64,000 nucleotides of DNA from Candidatus Sulfomarinibacteraceae bacterium (GTDB lineage Bacteria > Acidobacteriota > Thermoanaerobaculia > Thermoanaerobaculales > Sulfomarinibacteraceae). The notes below the pieces were generated by a model. It saw only the letters and a list, made by a program, of their open reading frames with translations. It searched no databases and was not told the DNA's origin. The stretch is from positions 229,765 to 293,764 of the forward strand of contig CAWCLO010000006.1 in the NCBI GenBank assembly GCA_963796455.1, given 5' to 3'. This document shows positions 1 through 9,683 of this stretch, one piece after another (within the stretch, counting starts at the first letter, position 1; the number at the start of each line of letters is the position of its first letter). A program made the position numbers and the translations under genes.

Positions 1-1126
1 AGATATTCGCCGGTTTGATGTCTCGGTGGATGAGACCGAGATCGTGGGCCTCGGCCAGCGCCCCTGCCACCATGTCCATCACCCGCAGCACCCGCCCCGG
101 CGCCTGGGGCCCACCGCGTTCCACCACCACGTCGAGCGGCGCGCCGTCGAGCAACTCCATCGCGTAGTAGAACACCCGATCGGGCGTCCGCCCGTAGTCG
201 TAGATGGTGATCGTATTGGGGTGGGTCAGTCGCGCCGTCTGTTGCACCTCGAGCTCGAATCGCGCCAGACAGTCCTCACCCGCCCGTTCGGGTTGCACGA
301 GCTTGATCGCCGTCGGCCGCCGCATCATGGCGTGGCTGGCACGGTAGACCATGCCCATGCCGCCCTCACCGAGTTTTTCGTCGAGGGTGTACTGACCGAG
401 ATGCATCGCCTGCCGGATCTCGCGGCGCAGGTTGTGGATGATGCGCGAAATCGAAACGCATACGATCGTCACCAGGGTCCACCAAATGAAGACGTTGACC
501 GCCAACGATGCCGTCTGGTAGGGCGCGATGGCCTCTCGCATCGAGCGATCAACGGCCAACGGCACCCAATCGAAGACGTAGAGGGCATTGAGCGGAATGA
601 TGGCAAGCACCGTGATCCAAACCGTCCGCCGCACCGAGCTCGGCACCAGCGCCGCCCGCAGTACATAGCCGAAGGCCAGACCCAACATCAGAGCAACGAG
701 AATCTGCTCGAGTTGCACGCCCGCCAGCAAACCGAAAACATCGGGCTCGATCGAACTCAGATCGATCCCGATGGCCTCGGCTGTCAGATCCAGCGCCTGC
801 GGAGCGATGTATCGCCCCATCAGGCAGACGGCCACGGTCGACCCCATCATCGAAGCGCTCTCGACGACCCTCCCGAATCGATGCGAATGGGCCCCGCGGC
901 GGCAGATGAGCCAGACCGTGGCACAGATCAGCAGCGCGGACCAGGAGAGTGCGGTCCCGAGGGTGAAGTACTCGCGCCAGAATCCCGTCGCGACATAGAT
1001 CGATGCCGACAGGGAATTGCCCACGAGCCACACGATCGTGAGCACCTTTCCCAGCACTCCGACCCGACGCTGATAAAACGACGGTCGCTCCGGTGTCCTG
1101 GCATCGGTGCTTTGCGAGACGGTCAT
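1..1126 (-). CDS. Serine/threonine protein kinase, 3' end cut by the window edge; N-terminal polytopic membrane domain followed by a Hanks-type kinase domain
   Basis: Absent from the ORF track because it has no stop in the window. Hand translation of the minus strand from ATG at 1126..1124 gives MTVSQSTDARTPERP... with about 5-6 hydrophobic segments. It then shows LGEGGMGMVYRA (Gly loop), TAIKL (catalytic Lys) and HRDIKPANI (catalytic loop, codons 28..2), all in one frame. The plus ORF 26..1888 is its antisense shadow. Confidence 0.85.
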   Translation of the reverse strand, partial: MTVSQSTDARTPERPSFYQRRVGVLGKVLTIVWLVGNSLSASIYVATGFWREYFTLGTALSWSALLICATVWLICRRGAHSHRFGRVVESASMMGSTVAVCLMGRYIAPQALDLTAEAIGIDLSSIEPDVFGLLAGVQLEQILVALMLGLAFGYVLRAALVPSSVRRTVWITVLAIIPLNALYVFDWVPLAVDRSMREAIAPYQTASLAVNVFIWWTLVTIVCVSISRIIHNLRREIRQAMHLGQYTLDEKLGEGGMGMVYRASHAMMRRPTAIKLVQPERAGEDCLARFELEVQQTARLTHPNTITIYDYGRTPDRVFYYAMELLDGAPLDVVVERGGPQAPGRVLRVMDMVAGALAEAHDLGLIHRDIKPANI

Positions 1127-1278
1127 CGAGGGAATCCTATCACCACGTCGAGAAAGCTCCGGTTCTTCCCGATACCGTGCTCGCAGCCCGCGCGGGGTTG
1201 TGGTCCAAAACGGCCGTCCACACGACCCAAAACGGTACGATCCACCCACATTCCACGACTCGAATCCGGAACGATTTC

Positions 1279-1293
1279 TGGCACCAAAATTGC
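1279..1293 (+). promoter_or_regulatory. Candidate sigma-54 (-24/-12) promoter upstream of the HD-domain gene
   Basis: TGGCAC-caaaa-TTGC matches the TGGCAC-N5-TTGC consensus, with GG at 1280-1281 and GC at 1292-1293. It is intergenic, about 85 nt upstream of the ATG at 1379. Confidence 0.55.
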
Positions 1294-1378
1294 TGAAATG
1301 ATTGTCGGGGGTTGTTACGAGCACGACGAACACCCATCGTTCTCGGCCAATCACATACGCATCGATCCGGAGGAACTC

Positions 1379-1888
1379 ATGAACACCAACGGTCTCACCC
1401 AGCGAAGCCGGCCAAGCCAATTTGGGTTCGTGCCCATCACCGACCGTGACCTCGATCGCGTCCGTGCATACGCCGAAGAGGTCTTCGAATGCGGTCAGTA
1501 TTCGGTGCACGGTTTGACCCACTGGCGCCGGGTCGAAACCATGGCCCTCGATCTCGGCCGCGAAACCGGTGCCGACCGAACGGTGGTGCGCCTGTTTGCC
1601 CTGCTCCACGATTGTTGCCGCAAAAACGACGGTGCCGATCCGGACCACGGTCCGCGGGCAGCCGACATGTTAGCCAAATTGGTAGGCAATATTCTGTCAA
1701 TCGATGCCGACCGGCTGTGCCTTCTCGAACAGGCCATCCGCTATCACACCGCGGGCCACACCTCCGACGACCCCACCATCGGAACATGCTGGGACGCCGA
1801 CCGGCTCGATCTCGGCCGCGTCGGAAAGCGCCCGGATGAAAAATATATGAGCACCGAACCCGGCAAAAGGCGGGCGCGGCTGCGCTGA
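1379..1888 (+). CDS. HD-domain phosphohydrolase-family protein
   Basis: This is the C-terminal part of ORF 26..1888. ATG at 1379 is preceded by GGAGGAA. The protein contains LLHDCCR (HD dyad), DPDHG and WDADRLDLGRVG, as in HD-superfamily proteins. Confidence 0.75.
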   Translation: MNTNGLTQRSRPSQFGFVPITDRDLDRVRAYAEEVFECGQYSVHGLTHWRRVETMALDLGRETGADRTVVRLFALLHDCCRKNDGADPDHGPRAADMLAKLVGNILSIDADRLCLLEQAIRYHTAGHTSDDPTIGTCWDADRLDLGRVGKRPDEKYMSTEPGKRRARLR

Positions 1889-1984
1889 ACCGTTGCCAAA
1901 ACGGAATGAGAGGAGTTCCGCTCGGCGCAGCGGTGTCACCGGAACCTCCAGGCCTCCGATCGAAAGCACTACCGACAAACCCGC

Positions 1985-2535
1985 AGATCCTTCGACTCGG
2001 GAGCATGGCTCCCCCGCTCAGGATGACATCTTGAAGCATTTTCTTCACTTTGCTCGCGAGTTCCCGAATCACTCGTGTCCACGACAGAGTCTCGGACTGC
2101 GACCAGGGACAGAGACAGAGAACGGTCGACAGCGTCAGGGAACAGGAGTCAGGGGCAGCGAACAGCGGCCGGGGCAGCGGTCAGCGACAGCAAACAGCAC
2201 TCACTTCTTCGGGTTCAACAACCGCCAGATCATGGCACGGACCTAATCGAAGGCGTTCATCGCTTCTCTGGCTCCATTTCGGCTGATCGCCCTGCACGCC
2301 GCCTGTCCTTGACATCGGCCACCCACCGGTTACCCCTTCTGTTGAACGACCCGGAGGTGGCCACGCCGTCACTGCACCTGATCGCTGCCACTGCCGCTGT
2401 TCCCTGTCGCTGCTAACTGTCGCTGCCAACTGTTGCTGCCCCTGAAATTCGGGCGCGGACACGGGCACGGGCAATCGCGAACCGGAAATGCTGAAAACGA
2501 AGCCGAAAGCAAGCAAAAACGCAGTCGAAGGATCT
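1985..2535. repeat. Composite palindromic element: family-1 repeat copy (1985..2029, inverted) and a degenerate partner (2488..2535) bracketing a CAG-rich long imperfect inverted repeat
   Basis: 1985..2029 reads AGATCCTTCGACT...GCTCAGGATGACAT, the reverse complement of ATGTCATCCTGAGC...AGTCGAAGGATCT. 2520..2535 reads CGCAGTCGAAGGATCT. Inside, TCAGGGGCAGCGAACAG (2149..2165) pairs with CTGTTGCTGCCCCTGA (2430..2445), and CGGGTTCAACAA (about 2210) pairs with CTGTTGAACGACCCG (2339..2353). Confidence 0.6.
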
Positions 2536-2715
2536 ATGAGAAAGACCCGATCAAGGGATCCCGCTCTTGCGGCTTGATGCTCGGCACGATGCCAGCGAGC
2601 CTTTCCCTCGAGCGATCAAAGAGGCAACTCGGTTTTTCGCGAGGAAATCGGAAGGCCGAGTTCCGTGTTCCCCAAGAAGAGCAATTTATTTCCACTTTCT
2701 TTTTGGGGGGCCGAA

Positions 2716-3886
2716 TTGAATATCCAGCCGAAGATTCGCCAGAATATCTGCCTGACCGCCCATCCCGACGGATGTCGCGAGCAGGTTCGGGAACAGATCG
2801 CCTACGTGCAGAGCCAACCGCCGATTGACGGACCGAAACGGGTTCTGGTCGTCGGCGCCTCCAACGGCTACGGATTGGCCGCGCGCATCGTGTCGGCGTT
2901 CTCCTGCTGGTGCTGCGACCGCCGGTGTGTTCCTCGAGCGCCCCGGCAACGAAAGGCGGACCGCGACTGTCGGCTGGTACAACAATGTCGCCTTCGAGGA
3001 AGAAGCCCGGGAGGCCGGCCTCGAAGCATTCAGCGTCAACGGCGATTCCTTTTCAACCGCGGTCAAAAACGAAACCATCGATCGCATCGCCGAGGAAATG
3101 GGCCCGGTTGACTGCGTGCTCTACAGCATCGCTGCGCCGCGGCGGATCGATGCCGAAACCGGCCAGATCTATTCGTCGGTGGTGAAGCCCATCGGCGAGG
3201 CCTTTCGCGGCAAGACGGTTGATATCAAGACCGGAAGTCTGTCCGACATGGTTGCCGAGCCCGCCACCGAAGAGGAGATCGCCGAAACCGTCAAGGTGAT
3301 GGGCGGTGAGGACTGGATGGATTGGATCTTCGCGTTGCACGAACGGCAATTGCTGGCCCACGGCGCGCGGACCCTGGCGCTCTCCTATGTGGGTCCGGAT
3401 ATCACGGCCCCGATCTACCGCGACGGCACCATGGGCCGGGCGAAGAAACATCTGGAGGCGACAGCCGAGAAGATCAACCGGTGTTTTGCCGATCGGGATG
3501 TCCGGGCGGCCATCTCCGTCAACAAGGCGCTGGTGACCCGGGCGAGCGCCGTGATCCCGACCGTGACGCTCTACATTTCACTTCTGTATTCGGTGATGAA
3601 GCGCAAGGGCATTCACGAAGGCTGCATCGAGCAGATGTATCGCCTCTATCGTGACTACCTCTATACGGACAGCCCGAAAGCTCTCGACTCCGCCGGGCGG
3701 ATCCGCCTGGATGATTGGGAGATGCGTGAGGATGTCCAGCGGGAGGTCGCCGAACTGTGGCAGCAGCTGAAAGAGACTTCAGAAACTCAGGTTGCCGAAA
3801 TCGACGAGTTTCGCAACGAGTTCCTCAAACACCACGGTTTTGACATGCCTGGTGTCGATTACAGCTTGGATGTGATCACGTTCTAG
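2716..3886 (+). pseudogene. fabV: Enoyl-[ACP]/trans-2-enoyl-CoA reductase FabV, interrupted by an apparent 1-nt frameshift near 2905 (true pseudogene or sequence error)
   Basis: From TTG at 2716: [23 protein letters not shown]...[25 protein letters not shown] (frame of ORF 2665..3111). The match continues as [16 protein letters not shown]...MGGEDWMDW...KGIHEGCIEQMYRLY in the frame of ORF 2825..3886. This is full-length colinear similarity to FabV as I recall it. The span is 1171 nt, which is 3n+1. Confidence 0.8.
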
Positions 3887-3924
3887 CCGCATCCGTGTAA
3901 TCTGGCGGTGCTGAGGGGGAATCA

Positions 3925-5148
3925 ATGCAAGCACCGCCTTTGGACGACCCGTTTGACGCTTTTTGCACCGACAGCAGCGCCTACCTGAAGGGCTCAGCGT
4001 CGGGAGAGCTCGCCGGGCTGAGCTTTGCGGCCAAGGACATTTTCGATGTGGCCGGCCACACCACCGGTGGCGGCAGCCCGGACTGGAAAGCCACCCATCG
4101 ACCCGCCGAAGAGACCGCCTGGGCGGTGCAGGCTCTGGTCGACGCCGGCGCCACGATGGTCGGCAAGACGATCACCGACGAGCTGACCCGGGGCGTCCTC
4201 GGCGAGAATTTCCATGGCGGCACCCCGATCAACCCCCGCGCTCCGGGGCGGGTGCCGGGCGGCTCATCGAGCGGTTCAGCGGCCGCTGTGGCGGGTGGCC
4301 TGGTTGACTTCGCGCTCGGCAGCGATACCGGTGGTTCGGTGCGCGCACCCGCCTCCTTCTGCGGTCTCTACGGTCTGCGCCCCACCCATGGCCGGATCCC
4401 GTTGCACGGCGTCATGGGCAATGCGCGCAGTCTCGACACCGTGGGCTGGTTCGCCCGCGAAGCCGAACTCTTCGCCAAAGTTGGCAGCGTGTTGTTACGG
4501 ACCGAGATACCCGAATCGAGGCTCCGCAAAATAGTTGTCGCCGACGACGCCTTCGAGATCGCCGATGCTCAAGTTCGTGAGGCATTGCAACCGGTCGTCG
4601 CGAAAATTTCGTCGTTGGTCGGCAGCTCGTCCCACGGACGGCTGGCACCCGTCCCTCTCGAGGATCTCCCCTATCCATTCGGGGTCTTGCAGGGCTCCGA
4701 GGCGTGGCAGACCTATGGCGACTGGATCGACACCGTCGACCCGAGACTCGGCTTCGAGGTGGCGGCGCGCTTTGCGGCCGGTCGCGGATTCACCGACGAC
4801 GAACGCCGGCGGGCGCAGTCGGTGCGAGAACACGTTGTCCGGCACGTCGAGGAAGCGCTGGATTCAGGCGTCGTCATCTGCCTGCCGACGATGCCCTTCC
4901 CGGCTCCAGAGCGAGGTCTGAATCTGTCCGAACGGCGAGCGATTCACCAACGGATCGATGCCCTTGTCGACGTCGCCGGCTGGGCTGGTACGCCGCAGAT
5001 GAGTTTGCCGCTGGCCGAGGTCGATGGGCTCCCGGTGGGTCTGTCCTTGATCGGTGCCAGGGGATCGGACGAGATGCTCCTCGCTTTTGGCCGCGAGATC
5101 GCGAGATCCCGAAGCCTTCACAGCTTGATCGCCGCGCCCCTGCGGTAA
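3925..5148 (+). CDS. Amidase (amidase-signature family)
   Basis: 407-aa ORF with the GGSSSGSAAAVA signature and a GSDTGGSVRAP motif; GAGGGGG lies upstream of the ATG. Confidence 0.9.
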   Translation: MQAPPLDDPFDAFCTDSSAYLKGSASGELAGLSFAAKDIFDVAGHTTGGGSPDWKATHRPAEETAWAVQALVDAGATMVGKTITDELTRGVLGENFHGGTPINPRAPGRVPGGSSSGSAAAVAGGLVDFALGSDTGGSVRAPASFCGLYGLRPTHGRIPLHGVMGNARSLDTVGWFAREAELFAKVGSVLLRTEIPESRLRKIVVADDAFEIADAQVREALQPVVAKISSLVGSSSHGRLAPVPLEDLPYPFGVLQGSEAWQTYGDWIDTVDPRLGFEVAARFAAGRGFTDDERRRAQSVREHVVRHVEEALDSGVVICLPTMPFPAPERGLNLSERRAIHQRIDALVDVAGWAGTPQMSLPLAEVDGLPVGLSLIGARGSDEMLLAFGREIARSRSLHSLIAAPLR

Positions 5149-5185
5149 GATTGAGAGAGACGATTGATCTCGCCGCGAGGAGAAG

Positions 5186-5908
5186 ATGCTCGAAAAACGA
5201 CCCTTGGTGCTGGTGGCCGGAATCGGGCGGAGTTCTTTTGACGAGCTTGCCCCGGTTCTCGACCGCCACAAGCTCGAGGTGGTGCAGGTCACCTCGGCCG
5301 AAGATTCCACCAAGCTCGCCCATTCCGAGCAGATCGAACTCATCATCCTCGACGCTGAACCAAAGGAGATGAGCCTCGAGCAGGTGGTTCGAACGATCCG
5401 GGCGGAATCCTCGGCTTCCAACAAGGCCTCACTCCTCGTCCTGGCCAGAGCCGGCAGCGAGGACGAAGCTCGCCAACTCATCGGACATGGAGTCAATCGG
5501 GTCATGCTTGCGGTCGACCCGCCAAAACTCATCGCCCAACAGGTCGCCGAGCTGCTCGATATCGCGCCTCGAACAACGCTGCGCTTGTCCACCCGGCTCC
5601 TGGTCGAGGTGGCCGACGGCTCGGAGGAGACTCTCGGGGCCGTCGTCAACCTGTCGTCGACCGGTTTCCTGTTGGAGACGGATGCGGATTTCGAACCCGG
5701 CCAGCACATCATCCTCTCGATCGATATCGACAATCAAACCGACCCGCTGTCGGCCAAGGCCGAGGTCGTGCGCCGGACCGACCCGGACCGTGATGGCCTC
5801 GAGGGCATCGGTGTGAGATTTCTCAAATTCGCCGGTGATGGACGCAAACGACTCGACACCATCCTCGATGTCGCTTTCCACGACACTCCCACTATGACCC
5901 CGACCTGA
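5186..5908 (+). CDS. Receiver-like domain plus C-terminal PilZ domain protein (putative c-di-GMP effector)
   Basis: The N-terminus is REC-like (LVLVAG...IILD...). The C-terminus carries the PilZ signature RTTLR ... NLSSTG. Confidence 0.7.
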   Translation: MLEKRPLVLVAGIGRSSFDELAPVLDRHKLEVVQVTSAEDSTKLAHSEQIELIILDAEPKEMSLEQVVRTIRAESSASNKASLLVLARAGSEDEARQLIGHGVNRVMLAVDPPKLIAQQVAELLDIAPRTTLRLSTRLLVEVADGSEETLGAVVNLSSTGFLLETDADFEPGQHIILSIDIDNQTDPLSAKAEVVRRTDPDRDGLEGIGVRFLKFAGDGRKRLDTILDVAFHDTPTMTPT

Positions 5909-5942
5909 TCCCGGATTTCCTCAGGTCGGTGCGGGATATCGG

Positions 5943-5969
5943 AAAAAAAGGGGTGGGAAAACCCCACCC
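5943..5969 (-). terminator. Rho-independent terminator of the minus-strand gene 5997..6494
   Basis: The minus strand reads GGGTGGG-GTTTT-CCCACCC followed by seven T (plus-strand A-run 5943..5949), about 30 nt after the stop codon. Confidence 0.75.
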
Positions 5970-5996
5970 GATAGAGCGCTTGAAAATAGACGACGA

Positions 5997-6494
5997 TTAG
6001 GGAATCGAGTAGCTGTTTTCGAATGAGCCTAAGGATCCCACGCCGGGGAAATCCGCCTCGGTCATCCAACTGCCTTTGCCTTTGATCCCATCAAAACGAC
6101 CAAAGCCCCCGAAATAGCCAAAGACCCCACACAGTGCCGGACAGTCGGCGGTGGCTGCTTTTTCAACCTGCCACCAGTAAGAAAACCCGTGCCCGTCAGT
6201 GGTCTTGGCAAAACACGAACCGGAACCGGACGTCACCACCCCGTCGGCACCGATCCGTAGCTCTCCAAAACAATCGGCCAGCGTATTGTTCGAAGGGTGG
6301 TCTGGATCAGCGGTCAGCATCGCACTGGTGTAGTGAACCAACTGGACCATTGAACCATCCGCCATTTCAGTCATTTCCTGAACATTGAAATGGTTCGTAA
6401 AGTGCCCTTTTCCGGATCCGGAATCCCCCGCCACAGCGGTCAGTGATCCGGCAACGACAACAACGGCCAACGCAATCACAACTCTTTTCGACAT
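5997..6494 (-). CDS. Secreted hypothetical protein
   Basis: 165-aa ORF with an AGGGGGAA RBS and the signal peptide MSKRVVIALAVVVVAGSLTAVAG. No family recognised. Confidence 0.6.
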   Translation of the reverse strand: MSKRVVIALAVVVVAGSLTAVAGDSGSGKGHFTNHFNVQEMTEMADGSMVQLVHYTSAMLTADPDHPSNNTLADCFGELRIGADGVVTSGSGSCFAKTTDGHGFSYWWQVEKAATADCPALCGVFGYFGGFGRFDGIKGKGSWMTEADFPGVGSLGSFENSYSIP

Positions 6495-6705
6495 ATTTCC
6501 CCCTTTGGTTTCGGGCCGTCGGTGGCCGGCTCCATTGCATCACCTTTGTCCACCACGCCACCGCGCGATGATCAACCGCATTTGAATATTTAGAGACAGA
6601 GTCTTAGTATCGACTAAAACCCGCCATTGTCAAGCAATCGAACACTCATGAGGCTCGACATCCCGGTGCAGCGTTTCGGTCTGAATCAACCCCGGGGGAA
6701 CGTTT

Positions 6706-9234
6706 TCACCGCCCCGCCGCCTCGATCACGAGGACCAACTCCGCGGTTTCGCCGTCTGTTGCTGAAACCACCAGTTTGACGGTAACCGGGTAGGAGGCGA
6801 GTACCAGCTTTTTCCCGTCCACCCTGGTTTCGAAGGACGGGTCGCCACCGTCTGCAATGCGCGCAGTGAGATCGATGGTTTTCTGCTGGATCTGGTTGCC
6901 ACCGGCATCGACCGCCGTCATCACCACCCGTTCGACACCGGTCCCGGTGACGCCGCACGAGATCTTGAAGTCCTGGGCGAGGAAGGAGCCACCCCACCTG
7001 CTGCGGGTGATTGCGATCGCAAATTGTCCGGACGGGGCCTCCGCCCGGCGAAGCTCTACCGGAACATCGGCCGGCGCCTGTTCCGCCGCCGACGATCGAT
7101 CCTCCGATGAAACGGCGGCGTCTTCGGCAGGTTTATCGTCGCGCGAGCCGCCGAGCAGATTGCCGAGAACGTTGTCGAGCTCACGTTCGATGGTGCGGCG
7201 CGCGACTCCCTCGGCGGCCGCTCCCCAATCGACGCTCGCACCGGTTCCGTCGAGCGGACCGCTCAAACCCAGCGGCAGAACCACCCGGCCGCTTGCAGCA
7301 TCCCAGAAGAGCTCCGCTGCACGGCTGCTCTCCTCCTTCATCCAGCCGCTGACCTCGGGAGAAAACTGAAGCTGAAAAGCACCGTTCATTACGCTCGACA
7401 GCATGTCCACGGTTCCCGTACCGGTGAGGTCGAAGGACTCCGACTCGAGCAATACGCTCTCCAGGTTGAGGGTCCCGCCGCTGATCTGGAAGTTGCCGGC
7501 GAGCTGGCTGAATTCTGTCGCGCCGGTTGCCGATTCCGAAGCGAGATTGGCGAGGGTGCGCTGGCCCAGCACGCCCGCCACCTGACCTACCGAGCGCAAA
7601 ACATCGAGTTTGCCCACCTGGCCATCGTTGATCCTCGCCGTGCCCTCTCCCTCGAGGGATCGAATCATGGATGTCGGATCGGCACCCGCACCGCTCCCGG
7701 CGATCCGGCCGGTAAAGCGCCCGAACAAGACCTCGTTCATCCCCATCTGATCGGCCACAAAGGGATTCATGTCAATATTTTCTGCCTCACCGGAGAACTC
7801 GAAAGATTGCGGCACCCTGGCCAGATCGCTCGCCAGGCGGCCGTTGAATCGGCCGTCGTAGAGTTCCATCGATACCGGTTCGAGGGTCGCAACCCCATTT
7901 TCCAATCGCACCCTGGCTTCGAGGTTGCGGAAACGAAGCGTGTCCCACGAGCCCTCGGCCACCTCGAGCGTGCCGTTGGCCACACCTCGCATCACAAAGC
8001 TGTCCGGATCGGGTGGGCTCTGGTTCGCTGTTTCGCCTGGCTCACCGCCGGCGACCAGACCGAGCAGTTCACCAAGATCGGCTCGTTGTGATTCGATGTT
8101 GAAATCGAGGGTCGGCCGCTCGGCCGCCGCAATTCGGAGGGTACCGGAAAAATCACTTCCGCCAACCTTGGCTCGCAGCCCTTCCAACGCGACCGTGGTG
8201 CCGCGCAGTGTTGCCACAGCGGCGAGATCGGTGATGTCCTGGGTCAGACTTTCCGATTTGAAGGTGAGCCCGTCAAGCGTGGCGCGACCGGTGATCTCGG
8301 GCAAACGACCCTCGCTCAACGCCCCGTGGACCCCTGCTTCGATTCCCACCGGGCGGCGACCGGAGAGCGACATACCGGTGTCTCCTGCGGCCTTTTCCAG
8401 CAGCGACGAGAGATCGGACACATCGATATCGGTCGGTTGCAGATCAATATCGATCTGGTGACCATCGGGTAACGCCTTCACCGTGCCCGAGAGGACCACC
8501 GCCGTCTTACCCACAACCAACTCGAAATGCTCGAGCTCCACGGTATCGCCCCCACCCCGGACCGCGAGATCGATCGTACCGACCTCCAGGTGGACTGGAT
8601 CCGGGCCGAGAGCGGCATCGCCCACATCGATCATTCCACGCGCCACCGCAATGCGAACATCTTCGCCGCCAAAATCCGAAACCTCGAGGTCGAGATCAGT
8701 GAGCGCCACCTCGAGAGGTTGCGCTTGGGATCTGGATGCATCGGTGACGCTCAATCGGCCACCCCGAATCTGGATCGCATCGATCGTCACATCGGCGACC
8801 GGGCCGGCATCGGCTTCTTCGCCGCCTTCCGAGATATCGTCATCGCCCCCCCCGAGATCAAAATTCCAATTGCCGTTGGCATCACGGACGAGGTTGACGG
8901 CCGGTTCCACCAGCACGATCGAGGTAACTTCCAGGCGTTTCTGGAGCAACGGTTTGAGCCGGGCCCCGATGCGTAAACTGCGCATGCTGAGAAGATCGCC
9001 CTCACCTTCGCCGGGTCGCGCAGCCACAGCCACATCATCGACAGTCAGGCCAAAGACCGGGAGGAACGACAACCTGATCGAACCGAGGCGGACATCGCGG
9101 CCGAGCACCTCTTCGACCCTGGTCTCGATGTAACCGCCGAAGCTGTCGGCATCAACAACAAAAAACAAAATGGCAACGGCGAGAACGAAGACCGCCGCAA
9201 ATGCAGCGACGGCGATCAAGATTTTCTTTTTCAT
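6706..9234 (-). CDS. AsmA-family outer-membrane biogenesis protein
   Basis: 842 aa with an N-terminal anchor MKKKILIAVAAFAAVFVLAVAILFF. A long beta-rich repeat body follows (LRLGSIRLSFLP..., GTL..L), typical of AsmA/TamB-like proteins. Confidence 0.8.
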   Translation of the reverse strand: MKKKILIAVAAFAAVFVLAVAILFFVVDADSFGGYIETRVEEVLGRDVRLGSIRLSFLPVFGLTVDDVAVAARPGEGEGDLLSMRSLRIGARLKPLLQKRLEVTSIVLVEPAVNLVRDANGNWNFDLGGGDDDISEGGEEADAGPVADVTIDAIQIRGGRLSVTDASRSQAQPLEVALTDLDLEVSDFGGEDVRIAVARGMIDVGDAALGPDPVHLEVGTIDLAVRGGGDTVELEHFELVVGKTAVVLSGTVKALPDGHQIDIDLQPTDIDVSDLSSLLEKAAGDTGMSLSGRRPVGIEAGVHGALSEGRLPEITGRATLDGLTFKSESLTQDITDLAAVATLRGTTVALEGLRAKVGGSDFSGTLRIAAAERPTLDFNIESQRADLGELLGLVAGGEPGETANQSPPDPDSFVMRGVANGTLEVAEGSWDTLRFRNLEARVRLENGVATLEPVSMELYDGRFNGRLASDLARVPQSFEFSGEAENIDMNPFVADQMGMNEVLFGRFTGRIAGSGAGADPTSMIRSLEGEGTARINDGQVGKLDVLRSVGQVAGVLGQRTLANLASESATGATEFSQLAGNFQISGGTLNLESVLLESESFDLTGTGTVDMLSSVMNGAFQLQFSPEVSGWMKEESSRAAELFWDAASGRVVLPLGLSGPLDGTGASVDWGAAAEGVARRTIERELDNVLGNLLGGSRDDKPAEDAAVSSEDRSSAAEQAPADVPVELRRAEAPSGQFAIAITRSRWGGSFLAQDFKISCGVTGTGVERVVMTAVDAGGNQIQQKTIDLTARIADGGDPSFETRVDGKKLVLASYPVTVKLVVSATDGETAELVLVIEAAGR

Positions 9235-9683
9235 TCAATTCTCCCGGGGAATTCTCTCCTACACCTTGACATGATTTCGGTGCCGGCAGTCACATACTGC
9301 AAAAGATCGAATTTTCTCTTGTATCTGCGATTGGTTTTGATTTCATTTACATATTCAACAATCAAAGACTGAAGAAGTCACCAGAAGCCTGCTTCGAGGT
9401 GCCTGCAAAGCATCTCGTTCAACCGCGATTTCAATTCGAATCGATCCCAAAGCGATCAACCGGGATCGCGGCGCACGTCGTTTCTCGACCGAGCATTGTG
9501 CCACCTGTTCAGCCAAATCGCCCGGGCTCCACGCCCTGTCATTTCGAAACCTGCGCGGCATTTGTCGCGTAACTCGTTCTGACTCGATCAGGAGATCTGT
9601 CTCCTCGAGGGCAGATGAATCTTTTGACATTTCGCAAAATACCGACAAGACCTTCGTACCCAGGTGTCGGCAGGGAGCATTCC

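Noticed and set aside
26-1888. 620-aa plus-strand ORF, the longest at the left end
   Set aside because: Its first ~450 codons are the antisense shadow of the minus-strand Ser/Thr kinase (clear Gly loop, AIK and HRDIKPANI motifs on the other strand). The product there is Arg/Pro/His-rich low-complexity text. Only the last 169 codons (1379..1888, HD domain) are credible.
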